From NCBI GenBank assembly GCA_043228905.1, contig JBHGNT010000004.1, positions 13,144,001 to 13,208,000 of the forward strand: a stretch of DNA of 64,000 nucleotides, given 5' to 3'. Both the position numbers and the translations under genes were made by a program. A model generated the notes under the pieces. That model made no database searches, was not told the origin of the DNA, and worked only from the letters and a program-made list of their open reading frames with translations. Of the stretch, positions 38,999 to 52,155 are shown piece after piece. Numbering within the stretch: the first letter of the stretch is position 1; every line of letters begins with the position of its first letter. The stretch comes from Azolla caroliniana (lineage: Eukaryota; Plantae; Polypodiophyta).

Positions 38999-41900
38999 TG
39001 TTAGCTCTATTAGAGATTTTAACCCATGACCTCTTCAAAGCATATATATAACTCCAACCACTATGATAGATTATATTGTGTTGATATTATTTATTATAAC
39101 TTTCATTAGATCATAGGATACATATGCAATATTTTGAAATGTCGCCACCTTGCATGGGCTAACACATGATAACCAAGTGTCATGCTGGCATGAATGCCAA
39201 GTGGCAATGTGTGCGGACGAGGTGGCAAGCATGCATGTCCAAACCATCCTATATAAGCATGTATCCGAGTATTGATGAACCATTCCGGTTCAACCCCCGT
39301 CTTCGACATATTCTTGTAACCCTTGTTCTCATTGTTAATACATTGTTAATTTCCTCGTATATCTTTCTTACTATCCTCTTCTAATTCTCTTCTTCACTTT
39401 AAAACTTGTCCTTGGCTATGGCCTTGATAGTTTGCAATAGAATCCTATCCTCCTTCATTGCTATCTTTTTTTATCTCCTCTTTTTTCCAAAGAACCTCCC
39501 TTCCTAACTTCTTGTAACCATGCCAGTAGTAAGTGAACAAGAATATGTGCGCATGGTAGGTTATCTTGAATGCTTAACAATCAAGTTCATGGCCTCAAGG
39601 ATTTACAACAAGTGAATGTTGAGAAAGCTCAACAACATGAGGAATTAACTCAAAAGGTTCACCAACTTGAAGTGGCATTATTAACTTTATGACAACAAAC
39701 AATGAAAGCACCAAATTTGCCAAAAGAACCCAAGATAAGTCTCCCTTCGAAGTTTGATGCTACGGATTCAGCATAGGTAGAGTTGGTCATAACTCTATTG
39801 ACAGGGACAACGCTAGCTTGTTTTGTGCCATTAATCAAGAAAAAGTGTCCCATTTTAGATCATTTTGTTGAGTTTATTTTCAAGCTTGTTTTGGAGATTC
39901 AGACAATGTGAGAACTGTTAATAATATTTGAAGGTTACGACAAGGAGATCTCGTCCAAGCTCAATCTATGTTGCTAACTTTCACATCCTTGCATGTGACA
40001 TCCCTTGGGACGAAGAGGCATTGATGGATCAATTTAGACAAGGACTTCATAATGATGTCAAAGACTTACTTTTCACTTTTCCTAAACCTCTTACTTAGGC
40101 GATTAGTCGAACTATATGATGAGACAAATATCTGTTCGTGCGACATTCTGAGTGTCAACAATGGTCTCGACCTCGATCAAAGGAAACATCCCTTGGAACT
40201 ATGCATGCCCCTACCCATAACCCGATAGGTGGCCCCACTCCAATAGAAATTGATATTACACGTTGTCGAGGACCTTTAATACAAACTGAAAAGCAAATAT
40301 GTTGAGTGAACCGTCTATCTATATTGTGATGGTCCAAGACATACAAAAATAAATTGTCCGCATCGACTTAGACATCAAGTTAACCAAGTAGGTCCTAGTA
40401 TTAAATATGGTCTTGATGCATTTAGCAATCCTAATAATCTTATATCTTCAAATTAGTTAGAAGTGCTTAGCCAACTAGATAACATGTTTAAACAAGTAAA
40501 TCTAGCAAAATAGGAAGCATTTGGTTGGATATCCCAGAATTAGTTGAGTCAATCGAGTAATGGTTCAATTTCATTGAATCGAGTCAATGGGGTTTTTGTG
40601 GCACAAGCTGAACTTAGTACCTCTAGATGTCATCTTGTCTTCGCCTCTTCTTTCAGGGTCCAACTCTTGTTTCATGGTTTGAGACTTTCCTTGACACATA
40701 ATATGTTATTAAAAACACTACATTGTATAGTATCTATCACAATCATAGATGGAGGACATATTGCCTCTTGAGACATAATTGAAGAGTCTGAGTTAATTCG
40801 TGTAGTTCTTCTTGATAGACTTGAGCATCCAATTGTCCTCGGTCTACCTTGATTTGAGCTTCACAACCTACAAATTGACTGGAGGAAACAAGTTATCCTA
40901 GAAGCCTACAAAAACCTAATATCAAATTTCCCATTGCGCGATCAAATCTCAACAATATCTCTAAAATGCTTATGCAAAGAGGGACAAAAAGAAGAAATGA
41001 TCATGTTAGTAGTAATAACAACGCCAACACCAAATCAATAAAAATTGAGTACCTTACTTCCAACAAAGTATGAAGAATTCCAAGATGTCTGTCTTCAATA
41101 AGCACAAGGCTGCTAGTCTCCCAGAACATTGACCTTATGATTTTCCTATCGATCTTTAACTAGGAAAAGATTTGCCATGTGGACCAGTTTATAATTTATT
41201 GCTAGTAGAGCTCAAGGTTCTTTGGGACTATATTGATGAAAATTTAACAAATGGATTTATTCACCATTTCAAGTCTCTCATGGTAGTGCGAGAAAGATTG
41301 ACAACTTCACTTGGTCGTACATTATCAAGGCTTAAACAAAAACATAATTCGGAACAAGTATGACTTGCCTTTAATCTCTACACTTTTGGATCACTTGAAT
41401 GGAACCAAATTCTTTACAAAGCTTGATCTTCGAGATGCTTATAATCTAGTTTGAATTTGTCTGGATGATAAATGGAAAATCACATTTTGCACTTATAGTT
41501 ATGTCTTTTGGTCTCACAAATGCTCCTACAGTTTTTTAACATATGGCCAAGCATATTTTTTGGGATTTCTTGGATATATTCACCATCATTTATTTGAAAT
41601 AATTTACTTCATGTCATTGATGGTTGTTCTTGACTCCTAATTCTCTAACGTTCTTCACCATCATTACCGGTCTCCCTTCTTCCAAAGGTTTTGGTGGCAT
41701 CCTTATTGTTATAGACCAGTTTACTAAGATGACACATCTTCTACCACACATAAAGACTATTAATAGTCAAGATACAATGAATTTGGTTATCCATGAAGTG
41801 TTTAAGCATCATGGTCTTCTTGATGACATTATTAGTTATTGAAGCCCATAAATCATCTCAAAATTTTGGAAACACTTGCTTGGGCTCCTCTAAATTGATT

Positions 41901-42240
41901 GTAAACTCTCTTCAAGCTATCATCTAGAAACTGATGGTCAAACTAAACGTACTAATCAAACCTTGAAACAATATCTTCGTTGTTTTTTAAAACATTTATT
42001 AACTATTAACAGGATGGTTGGGTTGACTACTTGCATTTGGAGTGTTTGTTTACAATATTCAATTTCATTCTTCTACCAAATTTACTCCTATCTTTGTCAA
42101 CACGGGTTTCCATTCCCATTGGACAATGCTTGATCATTCAGAAAATCTTGACAAATTCTATTACAGATAATCTATACGTCGTCTCTAGGAAATTCATGTT
42201 GTCGTTTCTCACCATTTACATAATGCTCAATGGGGAATAC
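38999..42240 (+). mobile_element. Older, heavily decayed chromovirus-type gypsy related to 1-2905
   Basis: LTR about 38999-39428; gag start MPVVSEQEY at 39520, KEPKISLPSKFD, PTPIEID; RT KLDLRDAYNL; INT VIDQFTKMTH/ETDGQT. Confidence 0.85.
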
Positions 42241-42846
42241 GATTTCCACTTTTGGTCTTATTTTTCATAACTGATGAAGTCACTCTATTTCTTGAAGCAA
42301 TTTGTAGCTATGTGACCTTACCACAATAGTGAGAAATAGGAAATCGAGGGGAGAGTTGATACTGATGCGATGAAGACAGCTACACAGCCTGTCACCGCCT
42401 TGCCTTCCGCCGCCCAACTTGCTGCCGCAACCGGATCATCTCGTATCAGGTATCACTCAACTGTTGGCCGCGTGTCTAATGGCTATTCAACCTCTGTTGC
42501 TACGCCTAGCATAGTACCTGAGAAAATCCGTGGCCACTGAAATCAAGGCATCATCTATACCCAATCCCTCTAAATCCTCTATTGCCTCAACCTTCATCGC
42601 CACATCCACAAATCAAGAGCATTTGCCATGTCGTCACGAACAATTTAACTGGGGCTCCTGTGTAGCTAACCCGGATATTTCACCCATTTCAGACAGTGTA
42701 GTAGAGCTCATGTTGTCGGAACCAGATCGAACATGGATTGTGCAAGAGATTCAACATTTGGCGAAGAAGACTATCATTGCGCATGTCTTGGGTCTTCTTC
42801 CTACACGCACTGATCTCCGTTTGTTTCTTCAATCCGCTTTGAACTA

Positions 42847-43402
42847 GTATCTTGACAACATTACATATGTACAAATAACTGGCAAAAATTACTACCAATT
42901 AGAGTTCGAGTCGGAATGTATGGCACCAGTTTTGTTGGAGAAGAAAGTAGTAGCAGTGAAGGGAGGTTGGATCTCTTTTCACAAGTGTATCTTGACAACA
43001 TTACAAATGTACAAATACTTGGCAGAAATTACTACCAATTAGAGTTCGAGTCGGAATGTATGGCACTAGTTTTGTTGGAGACGAAAGCAGTAGTAGTCAC
43101 GGGAGGTTGGATCTCTTTTCACAAGTGTATCTTGACAACATTACAGATGTACAAATACTTGGCAGAAATGACTACCAATTAGAGTTCGAGTCGAAATGTA
43201 TGGCACCAGTTTTGTTGGAGACGAAAGTAGTATTAGTCAAGGGAGGTTGGATCTCTTTTCAAAAGTGTATCTTGACAACATTACAGATGTACAAATACTT
43301 GGCAGAAATGACTACCAATTAGAGTTCGAGCCGGAATGTAGGACACCAATTTTGTTGGAGAAGAAAGTAGTAGTAGTCAAGGGAGGTTGGATCTCTTTTC
43401 AT
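42847..43402 (+). repeat. 140-bp tandem repeat, 4 copies, in LINE ORF1
   Basis: GTATCTTGACAACATTACA at 42847, 42987, 43127 and 43267. Confidence 0.95.
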
Positions 43403-44451
43403 AAGGGGAGTCACAATTTCTCCGCAAATCAGGTGCATCATGATTTTTATTCATATCAAAGATGTGTGGTTGTTTTTCCTAATTTGCGAAAAGAATGGTT
43501 GCCATCTATGCATGTGATTACTAGCACTATTGGTACAGTTTTAGAAATTTATGATAGACCACGCCGGATCGAAGAAAAGTATCTAGGAGTTGTATCTGCC
43601 AAGCTTTTGATTTCTAAGTCTACAAGATTGCCCCCTCAAACATTTTGTTGCCCAATTTACTTGACCCTCTACATGCCCCTTATTCTCAAAAAATAGTGTA
43701 GGGGTTTGCCAAATCAGTGCTTCCGTTCTTTTGGGTTTGGTTATTTGGAAAAATATTGCCCAAATTTTAATGAAGACATTAATAAACATACACCTAGCAC
43801 AGTTATAGTCCATATCAGAATAGATCTAATGGTTGGACCACAGTGGAGCACAAGAAGACATCTCCGCGTGTATCTCTAAATAAACCTTCACAAGTGCCAA
43901 TTAACAATATGCAAGAATTCCCTCCATTGTAGAATAGATATAACGCCCTCCAAATGGAAGAGGAAAGTTCACAAGAGCTGAATAATGGGGGTCACTCATC
44001 ATTCCACCTTCCTCAACAGAAACTCAAGTCAGATTCTTCGTCACAGAAGATAGTTCAAAATTCTACTTAGCTCGATACATCATTTCCAAAGTTGGTGGTA
44101 GGACAAATGGCTGAAATCAACAAACTTTGGTCACATCTACTAATTTGGATTCTTCCAATAATCTTAAAGGAAAAGTTGCCTCTAATCTACAAGTGTATTC
44201 GGATAAGTCCAAAGGACAACCAATGGATATTGAAATGAACCAAGAGCACATTCATGCTCGATTTCAATTTACAATTACATAGGACCCTTTGACAATCCAA
44301 AATTCTGAAAAGTTAGTCAAGGAACATAGGATGCATAAGTATGCAGGGAAGGATTTGCTCTTGAAAACATAAATGTGAGCTTAGGAGGGTGCCAAGAAAG
44401 GACGCCAAGATGCTCTTCTTGAGAAAAGGACATCTCTAAACCCTATGTAAT

Positions 44452-45275
44452 ATGGATGCCCTACATTTTCTTTCCTGGAATGTGGAAGGTTTGGGTTGTC
44501 AAGCCTTTCGCATATTTAAAGGTCTCATACGTTCAGATTTAGGTACTTCTAATAATAGTACTATTGATATCCTCTTTTTGCAAGAGCATCACCTGTGCAT
44601 GGATCGGATTCAGAAGTATGGCCCCATTTTACCAAGACGGTGGACTCATTTTTGGGTTCCTACCTTTGGTCCAAATGGGCGCCAAGGTGGATTATGTATA
44701 GCTCTTAGACAACACTTGCAGTCTAATATCTTGTCAAAAGGTATTGTTATGAATAAACGGGCACAATTTCTTATTATAAAAATAGGGTCACAAAAGGTTG
44801 GCCTAATGAATATCTATGCTCCTAACTCCGCGTCAGAGAGGGCAGGTTTGTGGCTCTCTCGTTTGGAATATGCGGAGTTAACAGATTGTTGGTTAGTGGG
44901 AGGCGATTTTCATATGATCGAGGATGCTTCCGATAGAATAGGATGTGCAACTACTACAGTTTCAGGTTGGGAAGCTAAGTGTCAAGACTCCTTTTGTTTT
45001 ACCTTTGGTCTGCTTGATTTATGTAAGGTGCAGTCTTTCTCACATATACAAATGGGAGTGTGGTTAGTGCTACTTTGTCTCGGCTGGATAGATTTTATGC
45101 CATCAGTTTCTTTTGGGACGCGGGTGGATCCCTTGGCATTATTCTGGGATCAACGATATCTGACCATGCCCCTCTGAAGTTAAATGTTATATTTGATAAG
45201 AAACGATCCTCTACACAGTGGCGTATTCCTCCATTCTTGCTATGTGATGAAACTCTCTATTTCGGGATAATGTAG
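44452..45275 (+). pseudogene. APE-like endonuclease of LINE ORF2
   Basis: EEP-family motifs are split over ORFs 44452-45177 and 45060-45275. Confidence 0.87.
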
Positions 45276-45878
45276 GAAAAGTGTTGGGTCTTAGAACTCA
45301 CCTTGCCTGGGGTAAACTAGATAATTGGCCAATTGCATCTATAAGCACTTGGATTCAATTCCAGCAGATGTCACAAGTAGATCATCTTGCGCATCTACAA
45401 GTTGTTCATGGTGCCAAGATAATGATGGCTGCCATTTCAGCGTCATATTCATCATTGGCGGCGACCGTCCAACCCATACAGGAACATTTCTAGTTTGGAT
45501 GCTTCATTAATGACATATTGTTGGCTATCAAGGGTATCTTACCTAATGGGTGCATTTCATATTTTGAGGTTCTTGATAACAATAGAATGAAGCCTCATGC
45601 CTTTGACTACAACTATTTACAGCACGCGCGAAATGCACCAGTTAGAGTGGTTGCAAAAATGGGAAAGAAATGATGTGGTTGTATGCAAAAGAACCGGTTG
45701 CAAGATTACTATGGGACCCGGGGGGTTGGTTCTCAACATATTCCTTGGGGGATCAGATCATAAAGGTTCCCTTCTTTCAGTATTCAGTGAAGCTTGGAAG
45801 GTCATTACTAAGGTCTATGAATGTAACAGCTCAAAAACATTGGATTAACTGGGGTGTTTCAACGTTGCAATTGAAAAC

Positions 45879-46305
45879 TGTGAAAGTTAATATGCAGAAG
45901 TTTTGACAAACCGGTTTAATGGAAACCTTATAGATACTGATAGAGAGTGGGAGAGATAGAGAGAGCAGAATAGCATAAACTATATTCAAAAAACAATACT
46001 CTATACATAGGATGTGCTCAGTGAGCACTCTTTATACAAGTCCACAAGGGACTGACAAAAGTACTATGTACTTCAATGCTCATACGAGCAGCTCACCCTA
46101 ACTACGAGGACCATGACTACCTAGTAGTCTAGAAGTGTAGACCTCTAAATGGCCTACCGGTACACACCTGGGTCTGGCTCTCCAATCCGACTCCCCGATC
46201 CCGATCCAATTCCTGGTTTCGGATACTATCCAGACACTGATCCAGATCTAGTTGAGCTTGCTCACGCAACGCTCCCCCCTCAAGCTCAACTTGAGGTCGG
46301 ATGGT
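45879..46305 (-). mobile_element. Family-A copia 3' LTR with PPT
   Basis: Minus strand CCTCAAGTTGAGCTTGAGGGGGAG then LTR 46271-45879 ending CTTTCACA; homologous to 28984-29030 and 55430-55680. Confidence 0.82.
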
Positions 46306-48867
46306 GGTGTTAGTGTCTGGGGCAGCCGGTTCTTTCATTTAGTTCCTTCTGGTGTCCTCCCGCTGTCATGTGAATCTTCACACACTATGTAAAAAAATAA
46401 TGAAATAATTATTATTACTCTCACCGGCCTTCTTCATCCGGCTCTTGCCGGTCTCCTTACCGGTTTTGGTCCTCACCGGTTCTTCCTTCCGGTTCTCACT
46501 GGGTACTCCATATCCTATCCGGAGAAACCAAAAATGTAATTTTTCACGTAGTGTGCGAATTACACTACGACACTCCCCCCTCCAAACCCGCACATCCTCC
46601 GGCATGTGCCGAAGTCCCCGATGCTTGCTATTCACCTTCATCCGAAGCTTCCTCCAATTCTCCCCTTAAGTCGACTATGAGTTGTAATCCACTTTCCTCG
46701 CTTTCCGCATCACCGCGATCTTCGTTCGATTGCTCCTTCTTGCCGGTCTTGTCTAGGATCACATAGGGTTCTTCTTCAGTCCGCTTCTTGAAAATCTTCA
46801 CCCGTTTCCCGGCTATAGGCACTCGCAGCGTCGTTCCATCCAACTCGCATAGTCGGTAAGTTCCGTTATCGAAAACTTTCCGAACCACCTTTTCGCGAAC
46901 TTCCACATCGTTGTATGTTGATGATCCAAACTACTGTCGTAGACTATCACCCAATCTCCTTCTTCAATCTTTCGCGGTCGTAGTCGGTGCTTTGTTCCGG
47001 AATCGCGCTTCTTGTTTTCGGCGTATTGCTTCCGCTATGTCTTCCGGTCTTCCCTCTAGTTGTCGTATCCGGACCGCTAGTAGTTCTTCCCGGCTCATCT
47101 CTTCCTTCCATGGTAGCATTGTCCATGTCGCGATTGCGGTTTCCGTCGGCATTACCGGTGCTTGTCCGATCATAAGTTCTGCCGGCATGTAACCGGTTAC
47201 GGAGCTATGCGTCGTCCGATCTGCCCATAGTGCATACGAAAGCATCTGCGGCCAATCCTTCACCCTTCCATCGCATGCCTTCGCAAGTGCTTTGACAATC
47301 GGACTATGTCCTCGTTCGATCTTCCTGTTGGCTTCCGGATTGTATGCCGTTGTCAGTGTTAACCGAACTCCATGTTTAGTGAAGAACTCCTTAGCTTTAT
47401 CAAAGTCGAGTTCTCCCCAATTCGCAATCACTTGTCCTACGCACCCGTACCTGCAAAACACTTCTTCCAAAAGGAATTGGCATACCGTAGAACACGTTTT
47501 CGTCCGTAGCGCCCGACCTTCTACATGGTTTGTGAGATCTTCCCGAGTTAACACCAAGTACTTCTTTTGTCTGATCTCGGTTGGCATGGCTACAATGTCG
47601 ACCATCCATTTGAAGTTGATTGTCGGTGAGAATGTCGGATGTAACTCATCTCGGTGTCGAACTCCGAAGTAGATTTGACACTTCTCGCAGCTTTCCGTGA
47701 ACTCCGCGACATCTTTGTACATATTTTTCCACCAATATCTTTGCTTGATCTTCCCAAATGTTGCCCATGTTCCCCGATGTCCAGCCCAATCAGATTCGTG
47801 AAATTCGGACATTACCTGGTTTCGTTGCTCTTTTGTCCCGACTACTCGAAGTGGTATGCCACTCGGTCTTTTCGGCTCCCCCATAAAAATCCATTTTTCA
47901 AGAAGAACTTTTGGACTTGCCGTTTCTTACTTCGGATCTCGGCTCTCTTCTCTTTATTGTCCGATGATTCCTCGATTTCTCGTAGCATTTTCCTGATCAA
48001 CAAGCTTTCTCCCTTGTATTCTTCTTCCCGGAATTCTTGAATTCCCGACATATGTGCTCCGAAGCAAAGTAGTCTTCGGAAACTTCTTCATTATCGGATT
48101 CGGTTATGTCATCTCTGAACCGTGCCCTTGATAGCATATCCGCTACAGCGTTGTCTTTTCCGGAGATGTGTCTTACCTCCGGATTAAGTGACTTAACATA
48201 TGCAATCCATCTTAGCATAGCCACATCCGGTATTGTGCAACACTGCATCATCCCGAGTATCGGAAGACAATCCGTTTCGATCACTTCTTCAACTCCGATC
48301 AAATAATCTCGATCCGATTTGATTGCCGACACGACTCCCCATAATTCTCTTTTAACTTGTGCATATCCGCGTTGCCTTTCGTTGAGAACCTTTGCTCCGA
48401 ATCAGATCGGATATTGCGAACCTTCCGGATCGGCTTGATTAATGACCCATGCGATTCCGGTTGGACTTGTGTCAACCGTTACTATGATCGGTTGGTCATA
48501 GTTTCACTTCTTTAGTGCTTTTGCCCTCCGTAGTGATTTCTTGAGCTTCTTCACGGCTTTGGTATGCTCCGGTTTCCATTCAAACTTCTTACCCTTCCGC
48601 AGCAAGTGATAGAGTGGGTCCACTATATGTGCATAGTGCGGAATCCATATGTGGTAGAATGCACATGCTCCAAGAAACCTTCGAACTTCGGATTGTGACT
48701 CACATACTTCTTTCATAGATTGAATCGCATCGATCTTGTTTGGTGACGGTCTTCGGCCGTAGGGCCCACATAAATGTCCGACTACCAATATTTCTTCTTG
48801 CCCGAATGCCGATTTCTCACAGGAAAGTGTTAGGTGCACATCTTCTAACTTTCGAAGCACTTTCTCG

Positions 48868-51249
48868 CTAATCGCGAATATGGTCGACTACGAACTTTCG
48901 ACATCCCCGATCATCCATAGTTTCATCTTTTTCTTCTACCCCGCATCCTTTCATTGGAATGTCATTTAGGAACAACATCGTTATCTCCGGTATGCAATCC
49001 CGCACCACCTTGTTCATTGCATTCATCATATGTGCGACTGAGTTCGTCGCGCCTTGTGGTAGCGTACACATCCGGACTAATCCTATCGGTGTCCGCATGG
49101 TAGTGATGTCTCGGCTCTTCACAGCTAGTTGGAATTGGTCATATCCGGAGTATAGGTCTCCGATGGAGTATATCGTGCGACCGGAAAATGCTTCCGCAAA
49201 TTCGTCGACTATCGGACTGACTCCGGAGTTCCGGATCGTGACCTTGTTTACCGGTTGCAAATCTTGAATAAATCGGAGTGACCCATTCTTCTTCGGAACC
49301 GTAAACCATCGATTTGAGTACGGAGCATTTGATGGCTCTAGAATCCCCATCGCCACCTTCTCCTTAAGCAAGTCGATGATTTTCGGAATATGTGCCCGTG
49401 GCACCGGAATCGGCTTCAGGTTCCATGGCACATGGTCAATCGTGAAGATCACCATTGGCTCCACTATCTTCGGGTCAGCGCATCCTATTTCTTTCGATGT
49501 AAATGCAAATGCTCTCCCATGTCGCTCTAGCATCCCACTGAATCGTTCTTCTTCATTCCTTAATAGGAACCCACCTCCACCGATCTGAAGTTTCTTCCGG
49601 GTCTCATCCGTGAAGGCATGTCCGATATCCATGGACTTTCGAAGTGTCGGATCCCCCGAGACTTCTTTCCTCTTTTGTTCGCTATCTGCGGGTAACGGTC
49701 CCACAACCGGTTTCACTTTCTTCTCCATGGTCTTGTATTTCGTACTTACCATTGCTTCTTCTTTGCGGAGCGCATCCAGCCCCATTTTCACAATGATCTC
49801 GTACATCTCGACCGACTCCACCGGAATTACCTGGTTTCCCTGGCTTGTATCTTCCGCGAGCTCTTCAAGCCGTTGTAGTGTGCTCTTCAAGTCTGTTTGT
49901 TGTTCGATGTCCGAGGCGAGCTTGAATGCCGGAATCATCTTTTCTTTTCCCTTACTTTCGGAGTTCCAGCTTTCCGGTGTCTCCGATGGACCGGCCGCCT
50001 CATCCGTGCGCCATCGCTTCTCATCTACATACACTTCATGCAATTGGCATAAAGCAGACACGCTATTCTTATCGACGGGGCACTCCCATCCCGTAGCTTC
50101 CCGGATGCCTTCCGCGGTGCTTCGGATCTCGTTAGAGTCGGTTTTCTCGGTGTTTTCTAGCACTTCCGGCCAAAAAGACACCTTTGCTCCCGATGACTCC
50201 TCGACACGTATTCCCTCGGTTGTCGCGTAATTGTTCTTCGCCGCTATTTCCTCCTCTAGGACCTTCTTCATGCCGCCTTTTCGGAAGTTCGGTCGGAGCG
50301 GCTTCCGAGAGTCCATCGAATGAATCTGATTTCCCTCGTCGTAGATAAGATCCTGTCGTACCGCTTCCTTGTGCTCGTCGCAATCCCTCTGATCATGTTC
50401 GGTGCTATCGCACCATATGCATTGACGGTCCATATACTTGGAACTTGTGGGAAGGTCATCCGACTTCTTCACCATCGCGATTTTTAGATTCTCCATCTCC
50501 TTCAGTAACTGCTCCCTCGTAGTTGCGTCGATTCCCTTCTCAGTCGTAGCTTCCCGAACCCGCGGTTGATGGTCTTTCGATCCGGATTTCGGTTTCGGAA
50601 TCAGTTCCGAAACCCTCTTTTCTTCGTTGGCAAGCCATTGCCCCCTCTTTGTGTATCGTGCGACGATATCCCGCACGCTTTCCCATGTTTCGGTGAGGCC
50701 GCTCTCGGTAGTCGTGTCCTCTAGAAGCACTCCAAGATCCTTTTGGTCCCGGACGTCTACAGCTCGTAAGAACATGATAACTTTGTCCGGTGCGAGGATA
50801 GCTTTATCTCTCGCAGACAGCCTCCCGAACTGACTTTCGAATGCCGAAAACAGATCGAGGACCTTCATCCCCTTGTCCGACGTTTCTACCCAATCCTCGA
50901 ATCCTCTTTGCATTGCCTTGGAGGAGTCCTCGATAGCGAACGTGGTCTTTAGCACCTCTTCAAACGCTTCCCACGTCGTATTTTGTTGTCGTAGCCCGTG
51001 GATACTTGCTTGAAGCCCGTCGGTAGCCACCCGGTTGAAGGATGCCACTTGCAGTCCTTCCGAAATCCCACACTGTAGCATTTCTGCCTTGTAGTCCCGA
51101 AGATAGCGTGATACGTCCTTTCCGTTGAATTGCCCGATCCGTTGCACGAGCCGCTCTATTGCCGCCGCTATCTCCGACATCGCACATTGTTCCTGAAGCA
51201 TCCGCTCGAACATCATCATCATGTTGTTAGCCTCCGGTTGATTTTCCAT
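48868..51249 (-). pseudogene. gag-RT open frame (about 790 aa) lacking the protease; continues in broken frames to RNase H and integrase
   Basis: Gag QFNGKDVSRYL, CIWCDSTEHDQRDC; RT NRWFTVPKKNGSLRFIQDL, GDLYSGYDQF, FLNDI (catalytic D to N). ATG taken at MENQ. Confidence 0.88.
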
Positions 51250-51265
51250 CTCGTTGCCACCTGTT

Positions 51266-51283
51266 TTCACGTCGGGTTCACCA
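51266..51283 (-). promoter_or_regulatory. Primer-binding site complementary to tRNA-Trp
   Basis: Plus strand TTCACGTCGGGTTCACCA matches the 3' 18 nt of plant cytosolic tRNA-Trp as I recall it; identical at 61482-61499; variants at 30147 and 53189. Confidence 0.82.
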
Positions 51284-51771
51284 CTTGTGTCGTGCCTTAC
51301 GGCTCCGGATCGTTGCGTGAGTCGGGTGGGAACCGCTGGGGTTTTGGACTAGGAGGAAAGAAAATTCTAAGGCAATTAAGAATATGAAATATATTGTAAG
51401 AAAGAAAGATATGAAAAACTCGTGAATCCCACGAGTATAGTGTATTAGTGAGTACTCAAATTAAGAGAGAAAAATAGTTAGCAAACTCGTGGATCCCACG
51501 ATTATATTATATTAATCAACCCTTGTAAAATTATCAACAACCTCAATACATCTTTCTCTCTTCCTTATATAGTGTTGGAAGAGTCTAAGTTTATCACATG
51601 CAAGCATCATGCTTTTCCTATCTTTAGTTTTCATGCACACTGCATGTGCATGATTAGCTTTCTATCTCATGTTTTCTTTTAACTCGAGTGTCTATGCATG
51701 AATAACTTTTTGTACCATGCATGTCTAGAAATTTTCCATGGGATAAAGTTTAGTATAACTTTAAAATTCAT

Positions 51772-51846
51772 AATACGCTAGTATAATGATAAGGCTTAAC
51801 ATTATTAACATGGAGGTGCAAGGTTCGATTCTTGCCCTATGCATGT
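51772..51846 (+). promoter_or_regulatory. tRNA-like Pol III cassette in U3 (antisense to the LTR)
   Basis: A box TAGTATAATGA at 51779; B box GGTTCGATTCT at 51822. Confidence 0.65.
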
Positions 51847-52155
51847 AATATATAATTTTATACTTTCTTCTATTTACAAATATGTCTCTTCATCTGGTGA
51901 GAGACTCTCACCGACCTTCTTCATCCGGTTCTCGCCGGTTTTCTTTATTCAGTTCTTACCGGATCCTTCTTACCGGTCCTCTTCATCCGTTTCTCACTGA
52001 CTCTCACTGGCCTTCTTCATCCAGCTCTTGCCGGTCTCCTTACTGGTTTTGGTCCTCACCGGTTCTTCCTTCCGGTTCTCACTGGGTACTCCATATCCTA
52101 TTCGGAGAAACCAAAAATGTAATTTTTCACGTAGTGTGCGAATTACACTACGACA

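Larger units (their letters stand above)
42350..45878 (+). mobile_element. L1-type LINE, degenerate (ORF1, endonuclease, RT largely deleted)
   Basis: ORF1-like region (VQILGRNYYQLEF, decayed zinc knuckle at about 43700); ORF2 SWNVEGLG, LFLQEHHL, NIYAPNS, GGDF, SRLDRFY and SDHAPL. Confidence 0.85.
46310..52155 (-). mobile_element. tRNA-Trp-primed Ty3/gypsy element; 3' LTR truncated, protease deleted
   Basis: 5' LTR 51288-52155; PBS 51266-51283; gag-RT ORF; RH; INT 46964-47884; PPT GGAGGGGGGAG at 46573-46583; 3' LTR remnant up to 46572. Confidence 0.92.
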
